DNA of 64,000 nt from Eledone cirrhosa. Lineage: Eukaryota. Below are positions 45,986 through 60,196 of the stretch, one piece after another. Each line of letters opens with the position of its first letter. Position 1 is the first letter of the stretch. Where the stretch lies: assembly GCA_964016885.1 (NCBI GenBank), contig OZ024761.1, positions 27,032,001 through 27,096,000 on the forward strand, read 5' to 3'. The notes under the pieces are model-generated. The model saw only the letters and a list, made by a program, of their open reading frames with translations, was not told where the DNA came from and searched no databases. Both the position numbers and the translations under genes were made by a program.

Positions 45986-48900
45986 ATTTATTTGTATCTT
46001 TGTGTAACTAGAATTACAGGTGATTCGCCCCACCTCCAAGTAATTGATACTGTGACAAGACGGTTTCAGTTGGGTTTTATTCCAGAATTAAAGCAACTGT
46101 AAATTGTAAATAAAATTATGAACGAAAACACTGTTGCAGCATACATATAAACTTTATTGGCATATTAGAATTGTTTCAATATCGATATCTTTGGGTAGAA
46201 TCATATATAGAAACAGAGATAGATTGATAGTGTGTGTGTTATTTTTCACCTGAAATCAATATGCAAGCTGGCCCTTGTGTCTTCATTTTAAAGCGACATA
46301 TTTCTACCTCCCGGTGATTTGAACTCAGTTTCAAGTTACTCGATAGTATAATGAAGCAGAGAGACTATAAAAACGCTACACCGGTGGCATATTTAGTTTT
46401 ACACCGGTACGACGTGCATGAAAGAGGTAATGTTTTATTTGTCTTCTGTGTTACAGGATAACACTAGTTTAATTTTTTTAATTTATCCTACATGTTTGTA
46501 ATATATATTCTCAACATAGCTATGATTTTATCTCAATTAGTAATTTCAACACTTCGGAGGTTACTGCTCACATTTCATCTCTTCCACTAAGACACTCTCC
46601 ACAGACTTTCCTCTCCTCGTATCATCACCTAATGTTGTGTGAATCGCCACAAAGCCAAAGTTTCTCATTTCTAGCCCTTCTTGTCCAGAATGTCAGCTCC
46701 ATGGAACTCCCTGTTTACTTCTTTCTGTAACAACAAGGTTTACAATACTTGAAGTACATTGAATTTGGTTTCGGTGTATCTATAATAAAAACAAACCCAC
46801 CCCAAGCGTGTGTGTAAAATAAACGCAAGGTTTGACCGAACAAGAATATAAAATTTATTCCTTCTGACATTTACATCTTTTACATAGTATTATATTTTCA
46901 TCATTACAGTGTCGAGAAAATGAAGTATCAGTAAAGAAATGGGATTATTGCTGGAATTATACTAAAATTAGAAAGAATTATATGAAGGGTTTTATGTACA
47001 TTAAACAATAAAATGACTACTACACTTAACGACACTTTGATATTAATAGACATATTAGTCTTCATAGTAACTTAAGAGTTTACTAGCTAGTTCATTTATG
47101 TGTGTTTGTCTTATCTGTAAAGAGAGTTTGAAATGGTATGAAAAGGTGTTGAATTGAAGCATGTTTATTTATATGCTGATAGTCATACCACGAGGGAGAG
47201 AAAAATAAAGCTTTAAATGGTATGACTACGTGTTCAAATTAAGCAAGTTTCTCATAGTATGAGGATAAAAAAAAATTAACGTTATAATAAGTTGATTCGA
47301 AAGCCAACCACTGCATTCCCTAGTTCTATGTCTTACCACTAGATTATAAGGACCTAGACAATTTTTTTGTGAATCTATATCTATATAAACTTATTTTCAG
47401 TCTAACAATAAAATAGCTTTAAATGTGTTAATTTTCACTACATATTTGTTGGTCTGTAGGTGGGCGTGTGGGTAGTAGTGGTTTATCTATGCATGCTTTA
47501 TGTATGTATAGATTTGGGGGTAGTGTTTCAATCTTCTTTATCTAAAATTAAAAGTATTTATATTTTTTTTTAAATTAAAAGAACGCTCTCTATCTTCTGG
47601 GCTACCCGGGGCCACTATTATCTCGAAGCCACCTTTTTAGTTCCCCCTACGCCCGAACCTTCACTACCTAGCTACACAACCATTACCTACGATACAACAT
47701 CACTTTACCACACGTCTACCAAGCTGCCGTAATTCTACTGTGCAAATTTGATATATTTAAATCTAATTTAGCATTTCTTCATTGAAGAACCATTTAGGGT
47801 TTACGGCATAAGCGAAAAAAAAAATATTTACTATTTCATTAGCTCTGGCAGGTATCGAAAACCTCATATATAGATTCATTTTAATTTCACCTACGTCAGA
47901 ATCACGCATACATATTATTAATTTAAAAAAAAAAAAAAAAAAATCATTTTCAGCGACAAAATACATACCTCCACTCGAGATATGTGTGTGTGTTTGTGTA
48001 TATTTTTATTATTATTCTGAACTGTAGTTTTAATTAAAAAAATATATATTATACTATTTCCTGTGTCCTCGCAGATATTGCAACTACATCTCTCTAGATT
48101 CATTTAAATACATTGCATTTGACTTACGTGAAATTAAGTATCATATAATTACTTTTTCAAATTTTGTTTTCAAGTATCAAAATAAAAATACATTAGTAAG
48201 GTTTTCCACCTCATAAATGTGTGGTGGTTATAGACACTTAACTATTGTTATAGGGCTGTCGTATTTACAACTATGTGGGCATCTAATCCTTCCATCCTGC
48301 TGGTCTAAAAACAGCCAATTTATTTTTCCAGAGAGAGACATTTATTATGACTTTAAACGCTAATTTTTCACTTCACTTACGATTCCTTTTTCCTCTCTTT
48401 AGATTGAATAAACAAAACCCTTTTCCGTCTACAATTATATTCAACGTAGCTCATATCAGTCTTCACAGTAAAGATTTTGCTACATCTCATTCAAGCTGGT
48501 ATGATAGTAACCACAAAGTAAAGTGTTTAGCTCAACATTTATTCCGTAGTAAGTGTCATAAGAAAGGTTTGTCTGTCTAAAAACCTAACAAGTAGATTTC
48601 AAATTTATTGCTAATTAAACAAAACTTTAAAATAATCCATACTAAAGCCACAACCATTTATTATCTACGTCTCACCCGAAGAAAAAAAACGATCAAATTA
48701 TTACGAGGAGTGTAGACAGATGGATAAAGCTAATAAACAATTAATTTATACATATGCATGTACGTATTGTGTTTAAATATACTCCAACACAGACGGTGCC
48801 TACGAAAAACATAACATTACCGCCTATGAACAAATTTTGGCGTAATACTTACTAAATCTATTTTACCATTTGCTTAATGAACAAGCACATACATTGTTTG

Positions 48901-50073
48901 ATATAATGAAAAAAAAAATATATATATATATACATATTACTATTTCATAAGCTCTGGCAGGTATCGAAAACCTCATATATAGATTTATTTTAATTTCACT
49001 TACGTCGAAAACATATACATAATTATTTTTTTATAATTTATCGATTGGGTTTCCAATCTCAGAAATATCTCCACTAGAGATGTGTGTGTTTCTCTTTATT
49101 ATTCCTTTGAAATGATTTTTAGTCCTGGTAGATGTTGAAATCCCATCAATAGATTCATTTAAATATATTTTATTTGACTTACGTGAATTTAAAAAATGAT
49201 ATAATTATCTTTAAAATTTTCCTTTCCAGTACAAAAATAAAAATACATTAGTATGTATTTCAGTCACACAAATGCGTTGGTTTCATAGACACTTAACTAT
49301 TGTTGCAGGGATGCCGTAAATAGCGTCATGTGGGCATTTATACTACCCGGTTGAGACAATCCCAGCCTCCTAGTATACAAATAGCCGATTAATTTTGCGA
49401 GAGAGAAAGAGATACTTTTATTATGTCTTTAAACGTTACTTTTGCGATTGAACTTTTCCTTTTTCCTCCCTTTAGACTGAATAAACCCAAACATTTTACG
49501 GCTACAATTCTATTCAACATTACGATATCTGCTTCAATCTGTTATTGGTGTGGTGGAGGAGTAGAACACAAAATAAAATGTCGAGTTAATTATTTACTCC
49601 GTAAAAAGTGTCAAACGGTGGCACACTGGTACAAGATTTGGTGGTATAAACAAACTAACAAATAGATTTCAAATTTATCGGCAGCTAAACAAAACTTTAA
49701 AATAAGCAATAATGAAGACAATTCAGACCAAATCTCACTTCCATATTAGCCTTTCAATTCAGTAGACCCTAATTACTTTATTAATAATCACAAAACAAGG
49801 CCACTTATTCACACGAGTCCAGACAAAATATTCATTTAACAAGAATTACTACAACGATAGTGCAAGAAAATCGTTGTTTCTAAATCAGAGAACGTTTCTA
49901 TAACAAACACAAGCGTATTAAAAGTAACAGGAATATTCATATTGCATAGAACCAGGAAATAACTGCTATCAAATAGATGTTCTAGTGGCTAAGAACTTAA
50001 TAGTTCCAGTTGTAATTGTGTTACACATATTCAGTAAGTATTTGCTAATTGAAATTATACTTTAAGGTATACT
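42955..50073. repeat. Repeat unit copy 7
   Basis: Direct comparison. Confidence 0.97.
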
Positions 50074-50085
50074 AAACTCACAAAC

Positions 50086-50130
<45 letters not shown>

Positions 50131-53050
50131 TCAGCCAAATTAAAGAACGTAAACATTATTACAAGTAGTGTAAACATGAATTAATGAACATAAATGTACC
50201 ACCAAGAAGGCTGCCTCAAGATATGCACTTCAAGAAGAAATACAACATATGCTTACGTCTACGACATAATTATGGCTGGAAAGGACATTCATTGAACATG
50301 AAGAATCTACTAGAGATAGAAGACAACAGAAACGAATATTTGTTATGATATTAAATATATTTCTTATACTGTCATGGCTTTTCTTTAAAACGTTTGAATC
50401 TCAATAAGGTGGAACAGATATTAATTACATTTGTTATATCATTATACTTTATCTTTAACTTTACTTATTATTTCTAACTCTTATTAGAAAGAACACAAAC
50501 TTAATAAAATCCTATATCTGTATAAATATGTGTGTTTGTATTAAAGTAAATAATAATATGCATGTTGACGAGTTGTAAAAACCAAGGAAGTCAATCTACA
50601 GTTCTACACTAACTCAGACGCCCCCCCGCCCACAAAAATAGACATGTTTCGTCTAATAAACGAATGTCAAATAATTGTTTCGGAAATACCGATGTAACAC
50701 TAAATATATTACCGGTGCAACTATGTCAATTAAGCCTTTTATAAACTCACTCTAGTCATTTCAAATCGTGTTGAGAGTAACGGGAATAAGAAAAAATAAA
50801 CCGTTTGCCGAAGTTTCTAAATTTGTTAAAAATAATAGCGAAATCTGTGTCCAATGTATAATAAACCGGGACATTCACTGAACATGACAAATCTACTACA
50901 GATAGAAGACATCAGAAACGACCATCCTACCTGAAATATTATATGTTATTTTAAATATATTTCTTTTACTATTATGTTTTTTTTTAAAAAAGATTGAGTC
51001 TGAATAAAGTGTAGAAAACTACAATTTAACTGTTGTTATATCATTATATTTTAGATTCAACTTAATAATAAAATCCGATATGTGTATAGATATAATGCGT
51101 GTGAAAATATAATAATAAACTAGTTATACACTAACGCAGCCGACATAAGAAATGTTACCTCTAACGACCGACTGCCAAACAGACTATGGCTCAGATATAC
51201 CGGTGTAAAGCTAAAAATGTTAACGGTGGAACAATTTCAGTTTACCCTTTTATAGACACACTCCAGTCATTTCAAATTGTGTTCAAAGTACCGGGAATAA
51301 AATATACAAAAAAACATTTCCCGAAGTTTCTAAATCTGTTAAAGATAACAGCCAAATCTCTCACTCTGTCTCCGATGTGTAATAAACGGTGACACACATA
51401 TATATATAGAAAGAGAGAAACAGATATGTTTATATATATATATATATATGTGTGTATATTAGTGAATATAATAGTATGTATATAAATATGCGTGTAATTA
51501 AATGTATATTATTCATATACAGGTATTCCGCTGTATTTGCGTGTGTTATGGTCCTAGAGTACCCGAGTATATTGAAAAACCGCGAACATTGGAGGTGGTC
51601 CATAAAAGTGCCTATAAACCTCAAAATATAACGTAAACTATAATAAACAATAGAGGGATCGCCTTTTGCGAAGGGGCGTCCAATAGACCGGCAAATACGA
51701 TATATTGTGATTAGTAATTTAGCGTTAAAACAATATATATTGTCATGAAATATATAAATAGTTTTGACTGCTCTTTCTAGCATGCTCTAGAAAAAACCGG
51801 AAGTGGAGAAAATTGAAAAACTTCTTCTTTTTCTTCCTCTAACTTTTCAAACAAAAGAAAATTTTATGTAAACAAAAACGAAATTTTTGCCACGAACGAT
51901 AACTCGTCTCTGACTTAAATCCAAATTTTGGATAAAAAAAAGCGTGTATGAAGTTTTCATATACACACTTGTTATTACTAGCTAGTCCTTATTTTATTTT
52001 GTTTTGGGGTCTTTGACTCCTATTTCTAGCATGACAGACCTTTTCCTGTTGTTCACTATGCATGTATGCATAAATACATGGATGTATGTACATATATATG
52101 TATATATGTATAAACTTTAATATAATCTTACAATAAATATTTGCTCTAGGGTATTTTATATATATATATATTATATACATAAAATCTTTATCGAGCTGTC
52201 TTCGGATTTTAGTTTTCACATTTATTATTACTATTTATATATATATAAATATATATATGTATGCGTTTATATATGTATATGATTATATATACATTTATAT
52301 AGATTTAACTGTATGGAAAAGTATGGTTATATAGATACCTGTATATATATATATATTATAATATATATATATTTATATATATTTCTTTATATATATATGT
52401 GTGCATATATAAACACACACACACAAACACACACACACATATATATATATATATTTCTTTATACACTAGCAATATATTGAGTACATTTTATTTACTGTGG
52501 TTCCCATGGGCAGGGTGAGTCACAGCTAATTGCATCTACTACCCCGAGTAGAAGATTTAACTGCTGTGTCTAGCAGGTTTGGAATCTAATATTTTTCAAA
52601 CAAGTTTCCTTTACAACCTCCACTATGAACTTGATTTCAAATTACCGGGCAGTCGGTTGATAATGGTAAACTGAAATATCTACACCGGTAACTTAATTAG
52701 TGTTACACCGCTATTGTTCAAACATAATCTATTTGGCATTCCTTAACGAAAGGTAGTTTGTTGTGTCGTCTTCAATAGAGTATGTATACATACACGTATT
52801 CCTAAACAGTTTGACGTTTATTCATAAGAGGTAATGGTTTTATTTAGACCTCGTCTCTTTTAGAATATATATACTCACAACACATCCATAAATTAATGAA
52901 TTTCTCTATAATATGATATTAACGTTTTTATTTTTTACGAAAAAGCGTATTGTATATGTAGTTATACATGCATTAAATTTAATATAAACACTCCGTTTGG
53001 GGCACAAATATTAATTATATTATTTTACATACACATCCATTATACAAAAA

Positions 53051-53089
<39 letters not shown>

Positions 53090-56000
53090 TTGTATCTTTG
53101 TGTAACTAGAATTACAGGTGATTCGCCCCACCTCCAAGTAATTGATACTGTGACAAGACGGTTTCAGTTGGGTTTTATTCCAGAATTAAAGCAACTGTAA
53201 ATTGTAAATAAAATTATGAACGAAAACACTGTTGCAGCATACATATAAACTTTATTGGCATATCAGAATTGTTTCAATATCGATATCTTTGGGTAGAATC
53301 ATATATAGAAACAGAGATAGATTGATAGTGTGTGTGTTATTTTTCACCTGAAATCAATATGCAAGCTGGCCCTTGTGTCTTCATTTTAAAGCGACATATT
53401 TCTACCTCCCGGTGATTTGAACTCAGTTTCAAGTTAGTCGATGGTATAATGAAGCAGAGAGACTATAAAAACGCTACACCGGTGGCATATTTAGTTTTAC
53501 ACCGGTACGACGTGCATGAAAGAGGTAATGTTTTATTTGTCTTCTGTGTTACAGGATAACACTAGTTTAATTTTTTTAATTTATCCTACATGTTTGTAAT
53601 ATATATTCTCAACATAGCTATGATTTTATCTCAATTAGTAATTTCAACTCTTCGGAGGTTACTGCTCACATTTCATCTCTTCCACTAAGACACTCTCCAC
53701 AGATTTTCCTCTCCTCGTATCATCACCTAATGTTGTGTGAATCGCCACAAAGCCAAAGTTTCTCATTTCTAGCCCTTCTTGTCCAGAATGTCAGCTCCAT
53801 GGAACTCCCTGTTTACTTCTTTCTGTAACAACAAGGTTTACAATACTTGAAGTACATTGAATTTGGTTTCGGTGTTTCTATAATAAAAACAAACCCACCC
53901 CAAGCGTGTGTGTATAATAAACGCAAGGTTTGACCGAACAAGAATATAAAAATTATTCCTTCTGACATTTACATCTTTTACATGGTATTATATTTTCATC
54001 ATTACAGTATCGATAAAATGAAGTATCAGTAAAGAACTGGGATTATTGCTCGTCTTATACTAAAAGTAAAAAGAATTATATTAAGGGGTTTATGTACATT
54101 AAACAATAAAATGACTACTACACTTAACGACACTTTGATATTAATAGACATATTAGTCTTCATAGTAACTTAAGAGTTTACTAGCTAGTTCATTTATGTG
54201 TGTTTGTCTTATCTGTAAAGAGAGTTTGAAATGGTGTTGAATTGAAGCATGTTTATTTATATGCTGATAGTCATACCACGAGGAAGAGAAAAATAAAGCT
54301 TTAAATGGTATGACTACGTGTTCAAATTAAGCAAGTTTCTCATAGTATGAGGATAAAAAAAAATTAACGTTATAATAAGTTGATTCGAAAGCCAACCACT
54401 GCATTCCCTAGTTCTATGTCTTACCACTAGACTATAAGGACCTAGACAATTTTTGTGTGAATCTATATCTATATAAACTTATTTTCAGTCTAACAATAAA
54501 ATAGCTTTAAATGTGTTAATTTTCACTACATATTTGTTGATCTGTAGGTGGGCGTGTGGGTAGTAGTGGTTTATCTATGCATGCTTTATGTATGTATAGA
54601 TTGGGGGTAGTGTTTCAATCTTCTTTATCTAAAATTAAAAGTATTTATATTTTTTTTAAATTAAAAGAACGATCTCTATCTTCTGGGCTACCCGGGGCCA
54701 CTATTATCTCGAAGCCACCTTTTTAGTTCCCCCTACGCTCGAACCTTCACTACCTAGCTACACAACCATTACCTACGATACAACATCACTTTACCACACG
54801 TCTACCAAGCTGCCGTAATTCTACTGTGCAAATTTGATATATTTAAATCTAATTTAGCATTTCTTCATTGAAGAACCATTTAGGGTTTACGGCATAAGTG
54901 AAAAAAAAAATATTTACTATTTCATTAGCTCTGGCAGGTATCGAAAACCTCATATATAGATTCATTTTAATTTCACCTACGTCAGAATCACGCATACATA
55001 TTATTAATTTAAAAAAAAAAAAAAAATCATTTTCAGCGACAAAATACATACATCGATAGGGTTTCAAATCTGAGAAATACCTCCACTCGAGATATGTGTG
55101 TGTGTGTTTGTGTATATTTTTATTATTATTCTGAACTGTAGTTTTAATTAAAAAAATATATATTATACTATTTCCTGTGTCCTCGCAGATATTGCAACTA
55201 CATCTCTCTAGATTCATTTAAATACATTGCATTTGACTTACGTGAAATTAAGTATCATATAATTACTTTTTCAAATTTTGTTTTCAAGTATCAAAATAAA
55301 AATACATTAGTAAGGTTTTCCACCTCATAAATGTGTGGTGGTTATAGACACTTAACTATTGTTATAGGGCTGTCGTATTTACAACTATGTGGGCATGTAA
55401 TCCTTCCATCCTGCTGGTCTAAAAACAGCCAATTTATTTTTCCAGAGAGATACATTTATTATGACTTTAAACGCTAATTTTGCACTTCACTTATGATTCC
55501 TTTTTCTTCTCTTTAGATTGAATAAACAAAACCCTTTTCCGTCTACAATTATATTCAACGTAGCTCATAGTCTTCACAGTAAAGATTTTGCTACATCTCA
55601 TTCAAGCTGGTATGATAGTAACCACAAAGTAAAGTGTTTAGCTCAACATTTATTCCGTAGTAAGTGTCATAAGAAAGGTTTGTCTGTCTAAAAACCTAAC
55701 AAGTAGATTTCAAATTTATTGCTAATTAAACAAAAGTTTAAAATAATCCATATTAAAGCCACAACCATTTATTATCTACGTCTCACCCGAAGAAAAAAAA
55801 CGATCAAATTATTACGAGGAGTGTAGACAGATGGATAAAGCTAATAAACAATTAATTTATACATATGCATGTACGTATTGTGTTTAAATATACTCCAACA
55901 CAGACGGTGCCTACGAAAAACATAACATTACCGCCTATGAACAAATTTTGGCGTAATACTTACTAAATCTATTTTACCATTTGCTTAATGAACAAGCACA

Positions 56001-57184
56001 TACATTGTTTGATATAATGAAAAAAAAAATATATATATATATACATATTACTATTTCATAAGCTCTGGCAGGTATCGAAAACCTCATATATAGATTTATT
56101 TTAATTTCACTTACGTCGAAAACATATACATAATTATTTTTTTATAATTTATCGATTGGGTTTCCAATCTCAGAAATATCTCCACTAGAGATGTGTGTGT
56201 TTCTCTTTATTATTCCTTTGAAATGATTTTTAGTCCTGGTAGATGTTGAAATCCCATCAATAGATTCATTTAAATATATTTTATTTGACTTACGTGAATT
56301 TAAAAAATGATATAATTATCTTTAAAATTTTCCTTTCCAGTACAAAAATAAAAATACATTAGTATGTATTTCAGTCACACAAATGCGTTGGTTTCATAGA
56401 CACTTAACTATTGTTGCAGGGATGCCGTAAATAGCGTCATGTGGGCATTTATACTACCCGGTTGAGACAATCCCAGCCTCCTAGTATACAAATAGCCGAT
56501 TAATTTTGCGAGAGAGAAAGAGATACTTTTATTATGTCTTTAAACGTTACTTTTGCGATTGAACTTTTCCTTTTTCCTCCCTTTAGACTGAATAAACCCA
56601 AACATTTTACGGCTACAATTCTATTCAACATTACGATATCTGCTTCAATCCGTTATTGGTGTGGTGGAGGAGTAGAACACAAAATAAAATGTCGAGTTAA
56701 TTATTTACTCCGTAAAAAGTGTCAAACGGTGGCACACTGGTATAAGATTTGGTGGTATAAACAAACTAACAAATAGATTTCAAATTTATCGGCAGCTAAA
56801 CAAAACTTTAAAATAAGCAATAATGAAGACAATTCAGACCAAATCTCACTTCCATATTAGCCTTTCAATTCAGTAGACCCTAATTACTTTATTAATAATC
56901 ACAAAACAAGGCCACTTATTCACACGAGTCCAGACAAAATATTCATTTAACAAGAATTACTACAACGATAGTGCAAGAAAATCGTTGTTTCTAAATCAGA
57001 GAACGTTTCTATAACAAACACAAGCGTATTAAAAGTAACAGGAATATTCATATTGCATAGAACCAGGAAATAACTGCTATCAAATAGATGTTCTAGTGGC
57101 TAAGAACTTAATAGTTCCAGTTGTAATTGTGTTACACATATTCAGTAAGTATTTGCTAATTGAAATTATACTTTAAGGTATACT
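50074..57184. repeat. Repeat unit copy 8 (divergent internal segment at ~51450-55760)
   Basis: Direct comparison; clustered substitutions and indels. Confidence 0.97.
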
Positions 57185-58532
57185 AAACTCACAAACGTTT
57201 ATATATATATATATATATATGCCTCAGCCAAATTAAAGAACGTAAACATTATTACAAGTAGTGTAAACATGAATTAAAGAACATAAATGTACCACCAAGA
57301 AGGCTGCCTCAAGATATGCACTTCAAGAAGAAATACAACATATGCTTACGTCTACGACATAATTATGGCTGGAAAGGACATTCATTGAACATGAAGAATC
57401 TACTAGAGATAGAAGACAACAGAAACGAATATTTGTTATGATATTAAATATATTTCTTATACTGTCATGGCTTTTCTTTAAAACGTTTGAATCTCAATAA
57501 GGTGGAACAGATATTAATTACATTTGTTATATCATTATACTTTATCTTTAACTTTACTTATTATTTCTAACTCTTATTAGAAAGAACACAAACTTAATAA
57601 AATCCTATATCTGTATAAATATGTGTGTTTGTATTAAAGTAAATAATAATATGCATGTTGACGAGTTGTAAAAACCAAGGAAGTCAATCTACAGTTCTAC
57701 ACTAACTCAGACGCCCCCCCGCCCACAAAAATAGACATGTTTCGTCTAATAAACGAATGTCAAATAATTGTTTCGGAAATACCGATGTAACACTAAATAT
57801 ATTACCGGTGCAACTATGTCAATTAAGCCTTTTATAAACTCACTCTAGTCATTTCAAATCGTGTTGAGAGTAACGGGAATAAGAAAAAATAAACCGTTTG
57901 CCGAAGTTTCTAAATTTGTTAAAAATAATAGCGAAATCTGTGTCCAATGTATAATAAACCGGGACATTCACTGAACATGACAAATCTACTACAGATAGAA
58001 GACATCAGAAACGACCATCCTACCTGAAATATTATATGTTATTTTAAATATATTTCTTTTACTATTATGTTTTTTTTAAAAAAAGATTGAGTCTGAATAA
58101 AGTGTAGAAAACTACAATTTAACTGTTGTTATATCATTATATTTTAGATTCAACTTAATAATAAAATCCGATATGTGTATAGATATAATGTGTGTGAAAA
58201 TATAATAATAAACTAGTTATACACTAACGCAGCCGACATAAGAAATGTTACCTCTAACGACCGACTGCCAAACAGACTATGGCTCAGATATACCGGTGTA
58301 AAGCTAAAAATGTTAACGGTGGAACAATTTCAGTTTACCCTTTTATAGACACACTCCAGTCATTTCAAATTGTGTTCAAAGTACCGGGAATAAAATATAC
58401 AAAAAAACATTTCCCGAAGTTTCTAAATCTGTTAAAGATAACAGCCAAATCTCTCACTCTGTCTCCGATGTGTAATAAACGGTGACACACATATATATAT
58501 AGAAAGAGAGAAACAGATATGTTTATATATAC

Positions 58533-58566
<34 letters not shown>

Positions 58567-60158
58567 ATATTAGTGAATATAATAGTATGTATATAAATAT
58601 GCGTGTAATTAAATGTATATTATTCATATACAGGTATTCCGATGTATTTGCGTGTGTTATGGTCCTAGAGTACCCGAGTATATTGAAAGACCGCGAACAT
58701 TGGAGGTGGTCCATAAAAGTGCCTATAAACCTCAAAATATAACGTAAACTATAATAAACAATAGAGGGATCGCCTTTTGCGAAGGGGCGTCCAATAGACC
58801 GGCAAATACGATATATTGTGATTAGTAATTTAGCGTTAAAACAATATATATTGTCATGAAATATATAAATAGTTTTGACTGCTCTTTCTAGCATACTCTA
58901 GAAAAAACCGGAAGTGGAGAAAATTGAAAAACTTCTTCTTTTTCTTCCTCTAACTTTTCAAACAAAAGAAAATTTTATGTAAACAAAAACGAAATTTTTG
59001 CCACGAACGATAACTCGTCTCTGACTTAAATCCAAATTTTGGATAAAAAAAGCGTGTATGAAGTTTTCATATACACACTTGTTATTACTAGCTAGTCCTT
59101 ATTTTATTTTGTTTTGGGGTCTTTGACTCCTATTTCTAGCATGACAGACCTTTTCCTGTTGTTCACTATGCATGTATGCATAAATACATGGATGTATGTA
59201 CATATATATGTATATATATATAAACTTTAATATAATCTTACAATAAATATTTGCTCTAGGGTATTTTATATATATATATATTATATACATAAAATCTTTA
59301 TCGAGCTGTCTTCGGATTTTAGTTTTCACATTTATTATTACTATTTATATATATATAAATATATATATGTATGCGTTTATATATGTATATGATTATATAT
59401 ACATTTATATAGATTTAAATGTATGGAAAAGTATGGTTATATAGATACCTGTATATATATATATATTATAATATATATATATTTATATATATTTCTTTAT
59501 ATATATATGTGTGCATATATAAACACACACACACAAACACACACACATATATATATATATATTTCTTTATACACTAGCAATATATTGAGTACATTTTATT
59601 TAATGTGGTTTCCACCTGACAGGGTGAGTCACAGCTAATGGCATCTATTGCCCAGAGTAGAAGATTTAACTGCTATGTCTAGCAGGTTTGGAATCTAATA
59701 TTTTCCAAACAATTTTCCTTTACAACCTCCACTATGAACTTGATTTCAAATTACCGGGCAGTCGGTTGATAATGGTAAACTGAAATATCTACACCGGTAA
59801 CTTAATTAGTGTTACACCGCTATTGTTCAAACATAATCTATTTGGCATTCCTTAACGAAAGGTAGTTTGTTGTGTCGTCTTCAATAGAGTATGTATACAT
59901 ACACGTATTCCTAAACAGTTTGACATTTATTCATAAGAGGTAATGGTTTTATTTAGACCTCGTCTCTTTTAGAATAGATATACTCACAACACATCCATAA
60001 ATTAATGAATTTCTCTATAATATGATATTAACGTTTTTATTTTTTACGAAAAAGCGTATTGTATATGTAGTTATACATGCATTAAATTTAATATAAACAC
60101 TCCGTTTGGGGTACAAATATTAATTATATTATTTTACATACACATCCATTATACAAAA

Positions 60159-60196
<38 letters not shown>

